This document shows positions 14,614 through 25,316 of a stretch of DNA of 64,000 bases, piece by piece. The notes below the pieces were generated by a model. It was not told where the DNA came from. It did no database searches and saw only the letters and a list, made by a program, of their open reading frames with translations. Origin of the DNA: Phoronis australis (lineage: Eukaryota > Animalia > Phoronida). Each line of letters starts with the position of its first letter. The first letter of the stretch is position 1. The position numbers were made by a program, and so were the translations under genes. The stretch is from NCBI GenBank assembly GCA_002633005.1, contig NMRA01000100.1, positions 335,975 to 399,974 on the forward strand. The letters run 5' to 3'.

Positions 14614-15166
14614 CATGAGCGTTAAATCTGTAGACCTTCCCGATGCAGTTGTGCTCCAAATCACCGGTTTCACCACTATGGCACTGCAATGTATGTACTT
14701 AAGTAGTCGCCAACTCTTCTTTGGGAACGCACGCCGGACGCACGCCTTCGGCGTTCACAGTCTATGGAGCCTAACCACTTATGGTGCCGTGACGGCATCA
14801 GTTTGCTCTCTGTTTCAAACAGCTCATTCCAAGCAAGACTGCAGGAAATTTAGAATGATGCTCACTATTGTCTTCGGAATGGGCACGTAGCGCGTTTCAA
14901 TGTCTGGAGTTTGGCACCGAAAAATTTTGGCGTAGCACGAAGGAACTTGAGCCTGGGATAATTTTAGAAAAATGTGGGTAGTGGGTGAATTGATCCCGTC
15001 AGCCTTAAGTTCATGGGCCAGTTTGGAGTACCTATGGACCAAACTACCTTATGTCCTTTTTTACTTCTCGACAACTACCATTGATCCGTTGGCGCGAGCT
15101 CAGCAATCGCAGTGCTTCAATGACATTATTTTTGCACTGGTCAATCACGCGAGGCTCGCTTCTTAA

Positions 15167-16426
15167 AGGCAAAGGCAACCTTTTTTCATGTCATTTTTAG
15201 CAAAAATAAGGTTCGTTGAATATCCCAGACATATTTTTCACTTATTTACTGCTTTTCGTAATTTAATTAATTACTCGTCGGCCACTCCGGAAGTGACGTT
15301 TTGGGAGGCAAGAATTTCGCGCCAATTTCTTTTCATATAGTCTGACTGTGAGAGCAGTCGAGTCAGTCATTGTTCTTCCTCGGTTGTGATAAGTTCGGTC
15401 GTCGTTTGCTTTTGCTTACGAGTCAGTCAACATGCCACGCTGTTGCTGCGTACTGGGGTGTACTCATTATCGCCTCACGTACAGATGAAGAACTGTTCCA
15501 CTTGCCCGAGTGTCCCGCGACACACTCCCAATGAAGCGTGATCTGAGCACCCAAACTGCTTACATCCCGCCGTGTGACTCCCTCGCCACACGCCTGGCAC
15601 CTTCCAAATACCTCCAATACAATTAAATCCACAATAAACTTATCAAACTTAGGCTCACCGATCTGTTCATTGGATGACGAACTGTCCTCTTCACTGGGTG
15701 TCGAACTGGGCCTGTATTCACTCCCACTACTCAACATCGCTGCAGGGGGTCTTACAAGCTGTGGGCTAGAGACAACAGCGCAGGGCGAATCACTGCTAGT
15801 TCCCGGAATTGCACGCTATTGGGTAAAAAGTGCCTCCAGTCACTGTATGTAGTGGCCACAGCTCGCGAGGCTTCTCGCTTCAAAAACGCACTTTTCGGGC
15901 GGGTTGGCGACGGGGCACTGCCGGGAATCGACAGCGACGGTATGGTACCCTTCTTCAGGCGTTGTTTCGCAGGGACTTTCATCAATTCTGCGTACATATC
16001 TGTCATAATCTGACGGCAGAAAATGCTTGCCACACACCAGATAACCCTCCACTGCTTTGTACATTGCGTGGACGGGTAGCGCTGCGTTCTTCACCTGAAC
16101 GAGCTAGCCAAGTACGGCGAAGTGTGTCATCCTTCGGAAAGCGACACAAGGTACCCAAAGCGCGTATGAGACGATAACGAGTGCATCCCGGCTCGCAGCA
16201 ACAGCGTGGCATGTTGACTGACTTGTAAACAAAAGCAAACGACGACCGAACTTATCACAACCGAGGCAGAACAATGACTGGCTCCACAGCTCTCACAGTC
16301 AGACTATAATGAAAAGAAATTGGCGCGAAACTCTTGCCTCCCAAAACGTCACTTCCGAATGTGTCTGGGATAATCAACGAACCTCAGTTTTGCTAAAAGT
16401 GACATGAAAAAAGGTTGCTTTCGCCT
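15167..16426 (-). mobile_element. Internally deleted Kolobok DNA transposon
   Basis: TTAA TSDs at 15163-15166 and 16427-16430; termini AGGCAAAGGCAACC / GGTTGCTTTCGCCT; inverted arms 15167-15450 and 16194-16426; internal THAP and C-x2-C...C-x3-H motif remnants. TTAA TSD, purine-purine termini and THAP are the Kolobok hallmarks. Confidence 0.85.
15451..16212 (-). pseudogene. Frameshifted, truncated Kolobok transposase (THAP + H2CH-type zinc finger; no DDE domain)
   Basis: Across shifting frames: MPRCCCEPGC...RFPKD...W / VCGKHF / RLKKGTIPSL (THAP C2CH plus AVPTIF-like box), then KFIVD...RCQACG...G...WECVAGH..KWNS. Confidence 0.8.
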
Positions 16427-18699
16427 TTAAGTTTTCCTTGGAAGCGGAAGGCTTTGTGGGACGAGCGAATCCCCACCCCGATTCATGAATTTGGAAGCCG
16501 GGGCTGAGGCAGTCAGATCGCCCCCATTAAAGAGACCAGAAAGGGGGTTGAAACTGGTGGCGGCGGAGTTTGTATAACTATGTCCTTCCCGGCGACAGGT
16601 GTCGACTGGGGGGGGGTTCACACCCCTCTAAAGCAAGCCTTCCACCGGCCTGCAAAGTCCTAGCCGGGATTTCATCAGCTCTACAGATGTGCTTTGGAAA
16701 TTGAAGGATGGGCCACTCATTGGCGTTGCTGAACGAAAAACGTGACTCAGTTTGAACAGCTATAAAACAGTTGCGCGTTAGCGACATTGTTAAAATGATA
16801 TGCCATGCACCCCGCTAAGATACACGACTCAGGCCTTAGGCGTTCTACGCACAGAAATTGGAGGTAAAACAGTCATATTGGAAAAGTTTAATTTTTGTAC
16901 TTTGCTCAAAAGCTAGCCTCTCGCCAGTGCAAAGAAATATATTTGTCACTTTTATGATGTTTCATTGTCTACTTGTTACTACTGAGGTCAAATTCTAACA
17001 TACATGTGTCGATGTGATGTTGCTCCGTTGTAGTTCTGAGGAAACTGTCTTGGGTCGCTTTTCTAGTGATTTTCATAGTTGAGTCAACGGTGTTGGCAAT
17101 TTTATTTTTATCGTGAATTACAAATCCTATTCGCTACACTGGTGGTCGATATTAAATCGGTATTTTGTCGCCATGTCGCTTTGACCTTGATAGGATGGCC
17201 TCGCTGCAGTGTAATAGACTCTATTGTGTAACTTTTCCATCAATTATATAACTGTGATGACCGGTGGCAAGACAGCTTATCAAACAAGTAATAAAAATAT
17301 GTCTCGAGTGCTCGAGCCGGGGATTGTAGTCGTAACCCATCCACAGATGCCCAAAATACTTTGGATTTTTCATAATTCCGTAACATCACTGACTTTTGGG
17401 GTTATAATAGTGTGCTTTTATGGTCACAGGTGTGGATTTATCACCTGAATTACGAAGACTGGTAAACTCGACTCGCGTGAATTTTCCATAACTTGTGAGG
17501 GAGATGCTCAAACTGTTGGAAATGCTGGAAATTCCACTCTGCATTTGGGATAATTTCCAAAAAGTGGTGGAAACGCCTCATTTTATTCTTCCTGGACCCC
17601 CCCCCCCCTTCCTCTACCGTGTTTCTGTGAGATGGGGATATGCGTAGTGCTAACTGGCCTTTATTATTCGTCAACAGTACCGACATCATCTACTCCATGA
17701 GCCAACACAGCGTGTGTCTGTCTGGTCAGATTACCTCCACATGTGGCATGCTTATTTTCAGGCGAAAAAACATAACAATATCGGACATAAAAAGCAGAAA
17801 AGCGATGCCAAGCGGCTATCTCAGTTTCAAACCGTTTTTTGGTGATTTCAAGCAATCCTCGTTCTATCCTCTGTTAATGCATCATTGTCGTCGCACTTGA
17901 GTGATACAAACAGGATTCAACGGAAACACAAACTCACCGAGTAACAGACTAGCTAAGAAGTATGGTTTATGGTGGGTGAACTTTCTCCATGGTTGTCGTT
18001 TAACACGCCTAAAGCTTAGGTTACGCTTGCCGGTTTTAACATTTTCTCCATTTTAGCGAGTAGGATGGGAAGGTAAATCCAAATACTGATAACTGCTTAT
18101 AGACCAAAACCCATTTCGTAACATTATGAGGAACAAGTATGTTGAAAACTACAATACTCACAAAAATTCAATATTAATCTTAATGTTTCGTCTGTCTTGC
18201 CTCCTTGCGGCGGTACGTACGCACTGTAAACTTGTCTGATTGGACATAACGAGCCAGAGCAAGGCAGCTTAGGCTTCACCATGGAACCATACACAGAGCC
18301 CTTTTATTCCCAAAATTGAGGCTACTGGTTTGGTCGACCCCCCAAAAGAAATAAAGTGCCCCAGGTTTTGATTGTTTGCTTAAACGTGTTCATGTTTGCT
18401 TGCAGATAAAGCTCTTCGCCAGGCAATCGTGCCGTAGGTGCGATAGGAGACCACAGTCCCACATTGGATATTCCTTCCGTGCGGCAATGAGAAATGATTG
18501 TTGCTCGATCCCGTGTGGTCACCTAGTCTTCCACTCCTTATTCACCTCTCATAACGTCCTGATTCTCAACAAATACTTCGCTGTCTACAGTTAAGACAAA
18601 GTTCGTTACATAAACTAAAGGACAATCGTAAAGAACAGCTATACGTCATCTCGCTCTGAACTTATGAGTGTTTGAGCGACAGTTGTCTGAAAACGTAAG

Positions 18700-21600
18700 A
18701 TGGGCGTTGGATTGAAACGAGATGCCAACATCGACCGCGGCTGGGCCTGGGTGGTTATGCTCGCTTCTTTCTTCTGCCACTTCTGTTGTTATGGTGTGGC
18801 CTGGTCTACCGGGATTTTCCACATCATGTTCCTCAGGGCTTTCAACCAATCTAATGCTCTTACCTCCTGGGCAGCGTCATTGATCTCAGCCATAATGTTC
18901 TTGTCGGGTAAGTCATCACGGAGATACCTCTTATGAATGCTATTCAGGCAGCATGCGTAACTGTTACGTTTGTAAGTCCTAGAAACTACATGTACACTTG
19001 TTATACAGTTATTCCGTAGAGCAATTTTCGTGCCAAAAAAGCGACGTTACTCAAATGTTCGCGAATATCGTCATGCATCACTACAGTTGAGCACCTGCCA
19101 CCTACTATAACTGGCTGCGGTTGCCCACCAATATTGAAGTTGGCCGCCTATCTGCAACAGTGCCGGTCATCGCCCGATTGTTGGCTGACATCGTACATGT
19201 ATCACGTCGCCCAGTGATCTGCCGATGCCCTGCGGTTGGAAAATCGGCGATGGTGACCGTGAACGGATTGGTGATTTGTGACACTGATCTCCCGACCGTT
19301 GCGCCCCCTTTAGCTGGGAAACATTAACTAACTGCAATGGCGTCGAAAGTCTTCTTTTGACCGGGGTGTAGGTTCAGCGCTATTAATTAAAAGATAAAAA
19401 GTCAAAAAACAAATCCCGCATCATTTTTACTCGCCTCGAACAAGAACGAACTATGCATTCTGGCCTAACCTGTATAATTAATGTCTGTAATCAATTTTAG
19501 TCTACAATAACATCCGGGGGATGTATGTTTTGGGGGAGTGTTATTAGGGAGAGGCCCGGGATTATTCTGGTTGGAAGCCCGGTGACGTGTTGCCCCGTGA
19601 CTCGCTGTGGATCTCGATGCCACTGGCTACGCGATTCGATCTATTTTATCGTGAATATCACGCTCGACATTTTTGCTTGATTTGGCTCTGTAACTACCAC
19701 AAATAACGGTTTGTTCTGCAAAATATTGGCCTAATTGCGAACCACTAGCTTTCTACCTGTACACGTTGTCCCAGCTGTGTAAAAATATTTACTGACAGGT
19801 TACTATCATTCCTTATCGGCAGGGGCATGATTGCTCAATAAATGGCCGTCAAACGTACATTCGATGAACGCAAGCAATTCTCGAAAACGCAACATAACCT
19901 GTGATGTCACGAGATGTCGCCTTGTGTTACGTGACTAGCCTGCGGTCACGCTAGCTTTGCTCGCGAACCTCTTGCGTCTATGCAAATCGATTATTGCCTT
20001 TGATAACTTGATCACGAACTGATCTTTTCACCAGAGGCGTCAAGCACGCCGAGAACTCGTGTTATGAAGTACAGCGTCGAATGTTATCAAGTCATTTGTG
20101 AGCCCCCTAACAAGCACTCTGGTTTGGGTTTAATTGTTTGAATGTCATCATGTTTTTCAGGAACGATCTATGGGTCAGCGTGAAAGCTGATTGTTTCGAT
20201 TTAAGGCAGTTAATAACGTGCAATAACTGAGTAATGGTTGATGAATCGGCCATTTGTGACAAGTATTCAAGTAATAATGGTTATTTCATTTCAGGTCATA
20301 GTATCCTTAGACTATTGTCTGACAATTTCATACGTCGTGAAATCTTAATTTTTGTTGTCTTCAAGCGTCGGCGTTTGTTTATTCGCCCACAAACATTTAT
20401 GGCCGCACAAAGTCGGTACCCCGTCCGTCCGTCGTTAACTTTACCTGTGTTACTGGTGAACGGATCATGATGAAATTTGGAACAATTATAGTTTTAAGGG
20501 GATGTTGCTGCTGGATTCGACTACCGTGGCAGCCTCGGATGGCTGCTTCGGTTTTCAGTGGGTAATTCTTAACATAATTTGCGCAAGACTTGTCTTACGG
20601 TGGTCTGTGATGGGAATGCGTCAGGTACAGTCGATTATAGGACTGTTTCGACTACCGTGGCACACCCTGTTGGTCGTTTGAGTTTTGAACAAGAAAACGC
20701 GTTGGCACCCGACCAGTCGCTTTTCGGATTAAGTCGATTTCCCAGAAATCCCAGTTGGCCTTTTAGTGTTCGACAAAATGTTGGTTGTCCGTCGATTGTC
20801 AGAAAAGTTTAGCAGATTACGACGAAGATGGACACAAATGTGTATGATAATGTTGCGTCGATTTTCTCGCAGCAGCTCACCCTTGTTTTCAAAACGGAGC
20901 GACAAATTTTGATGAAACTTGACCCTGTCAAGGTTTTAGAACAGGTGGTATGACGGACTCCGTTGATTATCGAACAATGTTTTTGACAAGGTATTGCTTA
21001 TCTGTTGATTGATGTCAAAATGGCTTAAGAGATTTTTGGTAGACCTTGACAAAGGCGTTTCAGCTCTAGTTGATTCTCAAGTTTACACGCAGTGGTGAAA
21101 GTAGTCTAATTATTTTACGCGATACCAATGAATATCCCTTGAAGCCTAGCTGCTGCTTGCGGTGCAGACGCATGCGTATGAACTACATTATGTTACTCTT
21201 GTTAAAAAATCCCGATATTCTTTCTGGTCAAGAAGTGTCGTTCAGACAACCTGGTCTTTTACACTTGTAGATGATGATGAATTGAGGTTCATCGCTTGAA
21301 GTGAAAGATTGCGACGTTGTCTTCTACGGTCATTCAAGGTTCTAACGCTGATTCAATTTTACTTTCTTTCCACAGAAACCGCAAATTTGGCCCCAAAATA
21401 CGCTAGCTTTTCCTCAGCTGTTAAGACATCTTCAGATGCCCTAATAGTGACCTGGAAGGGAGAGGTGGTCGGTCGGAGGAGTGCTGGGATGAAAGTACCA
21501 ATAATATGTTCATGAATATCCACTCATTGAGTTTCCAGCGGCACCTGGAGGACAAAGAAGTGGACGTTATCAGTAGATCGTCTTCAGGTTGTTCCGGCTG

Positions 21601-23877
21601 GTATGCAATTATGAAATTGTCACCTGCTTGCGTGACTGTACACGCGTGGCTAATACAGACTTCCCATTACAGGTCCCTTGTCTTCTTTCATGACAAACCG
21701 CTGGGGAATAAGATGGACCATTTGCATCGGCACTGTAGTTTCCAGTTGCGGTATAGCTCTTTGCTCCATAGCAACCCATCTCTATCTCGTTTTCGTGGCG
21801 TTCGGCATTTTAGGGGGTAGGTTATTCATTCACAACCTAAAACCACTGACGATGTCACGTACAGTGTCATTTTTTAAAAAACACGAGTTTTCTGAATATC
21901 ACGTGGATTGATTGATAACCTCCTCAGCACCTTTTTTACCTTATGTGTCTACTACATTTGTTGTATTTAAAAAATGTCTTTGTTGCTGAATTTACCTTAA
22001 ATGTAGGCTACTTTTCATCAAGAAAGTGGACGAGAAATGGCCACTCGTAGCTTTGACTCAGAGGTTATTGTGGTGTACGTAAGACTTTTGAAACCCTTGT
22101 AGGATGCTAAAGATCACTTTAAGTATGGAAGGCGTGAAATTAGCAGTCTAAAAATGTAGTCTTTGTCTACTCTACTGTTGTGACTGATTCTACTAGTTTG
22201 TAAACCTTAGTGGTGGAAATTTTCTTTCGTTAAGTATTTTCAAATATTCACGATGGTGAACTGCATGTCCACCCAAAACGAGGAAATTGACACTGACTAC
22301 TGTAATAAGCAAGTCATTTTTTTCCGTCGCAGGCCTTGGATTGGGAATTGTGCTTATTCCTGCCGTCTCGATCCTCGCACACTACTTCGACAAGAGACGA
22401 ATACTTGCCAGTGGAGTTGCCGTCTCAGGCGTCGGAATTGGGATGTTTGTATGGCCACCAATAATTACTTTTTTTGACCAGGAATACGGGTGGCGAGGAG
22501 CAATGATGCTTGTTGGTGCGATAAACATGAACATGTTAGTGGCGGGAAGCGTAATGACACCGTTGGAAAAGTTGACTCCCAAACTAACTCCTTCGAGAGA
22601 AGAATTGGCGAGAAACCTAGGACAGATCGAAGGTTATCATAAAAGAAAAACCTTCTGCAAAGTCATGCATTTAGGACTATTCAAGAGGCCTGAGTTTCTC
22701 TCTCTTTGTACTAATAATTTTCTCATCTGCTTCGGTCTGTCGATTGTGTTCATTCACTTGCCTTTCTTCGCCGAGGAAAACGCAAACGTTGATGCTAGCC
22801 AAGCAGCTATGCTGATTTCTGCAAATGGTATTGCGAATCTTATCGGAAGGTTGGCATTTGCCTTTCTTGGGGAAGTGCCGGTGATCGGTAGAAACGTTAC
22901 GGCCGTGTACATGACATGCTTTACTGTGGTGGGCGTGATGTCCGTCCTATTACCCTTCATCACCATCTACTCTGGACTTCTCGCGTACTCGTCTCTTTTC
23001 GGACTTATAACCGGTTGTTTTGGTGTCTATCTCTTCGTCATAATTCTCCGTCTGGTTGGAGTGGAAAGACTTCCCAGTGCTTATGGATATGTTGTTGTAT
23101 TCGAGGGCTTTGGTATGATGTCAGGCGCACCCATAGCAGGTGGGTACAAATTTGTTTCGTGGTTCCTATATTTTGAGTAGGGTACGCTGTTTGCACTACG
23201 TTACAAGCGAGAAAAGAATGTGAACGGCTCCTGAGCCCAAGGGCAATACCTGCTAGAATGTTTTTCTGTAAATCGTCTGGTTTCCGAATTGACCGAAATA
23301 AAGCGCTTACTACAAAGCTGAAAAAAGATGCAGGAGAGACTGCTCAGTGTGTCCTGCTGCTTGTATTTGACCTTCAACATGCGGGCTTGTTATTCAATGA
23401 ATGCCCGGATGTTAAATTCAGAGGGAAGCTACTACTGTATTTGCGGTTAGTACAAATGGATAAATGTTTACTTCCATTCATGCGCTTGGATAATCAAACG
23501 ATTTAGGTACATAATGAACTGAAAGAACGCCTCTCTTGTGATCAAGAAAATTTGTCAGAGCATGCCACTAAATGTCGTATCCTGAAACCATGCAGCTATC
23601 GATAGGTGTCTTTGTTTACCTGTGTGTCTATTTCCGTAGGTGTGGTATACGATAGGTGTTTTTGTTTACCTGTGTGTCTATTTCCGTAGGTGTGGTATAC
23701 GATATACTCAAGAGGTACGATGTTTCCATGTATCTAGGCGGTGGCGCGCTCATCTTGAGCGGCCTCTTCGTGGTACCACCGCTTATGTATGGCGACAATG
23801 CCGAGAGGGAAGCAGTCGAAAACAATGAACCGTACGAGCCAACACCCTTTCACTCTGCTCACTCGCTCGTTTTGTAA
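18700..23877 (+). CDS. Monocarboxylate transporter family (SLC16/MCT, MFS) protein, 448 aa
   Basis: Exons 18700-18907, 21673-21816, 22333-23139, 23690-23877; all GT-AG, phases 1/1/1, total 1347 nt. SLC16 motifs DRGWAWVV and YFDKRRILASG; about 12 hydrophobic segments. Confidence 0.92.
20376..21000 (+). mobile_element. Degenerate Helentron-type (DINE/HINE-like) non-autonomous repeat
   Basis: T-rich start with attcgcccac, a ccgtccgtccgtc microsatellite, then tgatgaaatttgg / gatgaaacttg repeats; ends uncertain. Confidence 0.35.
23601..23704 (+). repeat. 50-bp tandem duplication spanning the last MCT splice acceptor
   Basis: 23601-23650 matches 23651-23700 with 1 mismatch; AG acceptors at 23638-39 and 23688-89. 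Confidence 0.95.
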
Positions 23878-24931
23878 GTTTTCGTGCGAGGCTTGTTTCT
23901 AAACCAAATGGGCGTACGCCGAATATGGTTATTCGCGACATACAATGTACACGTCCACTGTATCTTAGACGCTCTTGTTGAACATGCCCTACCCCGGCCC
24001 CCAAAGGTGAATTAAGCGTTGGTAGTTGATATTTTTTGCTTTTAAATTTATTTTAGCTCTGCACGTTTCGCTGGGATTTTTGTCATTTTGCCCGAATCTT
24101 TGAAGCAACTGTTATTCGCCAATGCCGGTGGTCAACAAAGCTTCACCTCTAATTATGTCTGCATATTGTAAGGGACCACGTGCATCCTAGACCCGCTTTT
24201 CCTACGGCCCTGGCAAAATTGGGTTGCCCAGTAAAGTTGTTTAAAACGACAATAAACCCGCTTTTCATCGCAAAAACGAATTTTGATTTAGACCACATAC
24301 GGTTATGATGTTGGTTTCAAACTGCCCTGTCGCCAAGAATCCATCGAAGTAGCGACAGAGACACGTGTAGTCACGTCATGTAAACATATGACCAGTAGAC
24401 ATTTTTTCTGCTTGAGACGAACTTAAATGCGAGCGTCTTTGGAGTTAGAGGCGAATCGGATTAAAAGGTGTCGTTGTGCATTGTGAAGATGAGACAGCGA
24501 ATATCCGGATCGTTCAACTAGAGTAATATACCGTTATGGAATACTCGTTTCCGTTGCAACCAACCAGAAAGATCAAATTTGACGCTGTATATCTGTGACC
24601 TACTTCGAGGAGTTCAGAATTAGATGCCCCATCTCAAAACTGATGCAACATTTTCACGGAAACCTGATAGCATGAGGGATTGTTTACACCCTGATCGTAA
24701 ATTGGAGGTAATTTTAGGGCTTCAAAAGAACTGATACCGAGTTCGTTATTCCTTGAAGCTAGGCACTACAAGTTTTTTGGTCACAGCTTTGTGCGCGGGG
24801 TAGGCTGTAAGGGACCAGACCTCTAACGAATTGTTGAGTTGTTTGCTCATCCATATATCACTTCGCATCTAAGTAATGAACAAGTTAAGATCAGCTATAC
24901 AGTGTGGTGTAAAGTTTACTTCATGGACTGG

Positions 24932-25099
24932 CAGTGGCGGATTTAGGGTGGGGAAGGGGGGCAAGGAGGTCATGCCCCCCTAAAATGTTCCCAAATTCCA
25001 TTTGGCAGTTCGGGGGTGCGCATGTCTGACGGGAAAAATCCTGGCTAAAACTCTGCCCTGCCCCCCCCAACCCAACTCAAAATCCTGGATCCACCCCTG
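24932..25099. mobile_element. hAT-like MITE
   Basis: TIR cagtggcggatt / gatccacccctg; flanks gactgg/gactga (6-bp TSD, 1 mismatch). Confidence 0.65.
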
Positions 25100-25260
25100 G
25101 ACTGAATGCCGATTTAAGATCCCTTCTCAACTCTTCTCTTTTCAGGGAGTCCATTGTAATACGTTCTTGATGGAGCCGGTTCGTGTGTACTAGTCGACTC
25201 TTTCGCTCAACCTGCTTAAGAGAACTCGTCTCTCCGATTTTCTCAGTAACTGCAATGCCA

Positions 25261-25316
25261 GCATCTGGCCCCAGTTAAAGAGCCTGCATCTGGCCCCAGT
25301 TAAAGAGCCTGCATCT
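25261..25316. repeat. 25-bp tandem repeat
   Basis: gcatctggccccagttaaagagcct x2 followed by gcatct. Confidence 0.9.

Noticed and set aside
15451-16212. Host THAP-domain gene
   Set aside because: Multiple frameshifts, and it is enclosed by TIRs with TTAA TSDs, so it is a transposon remnant
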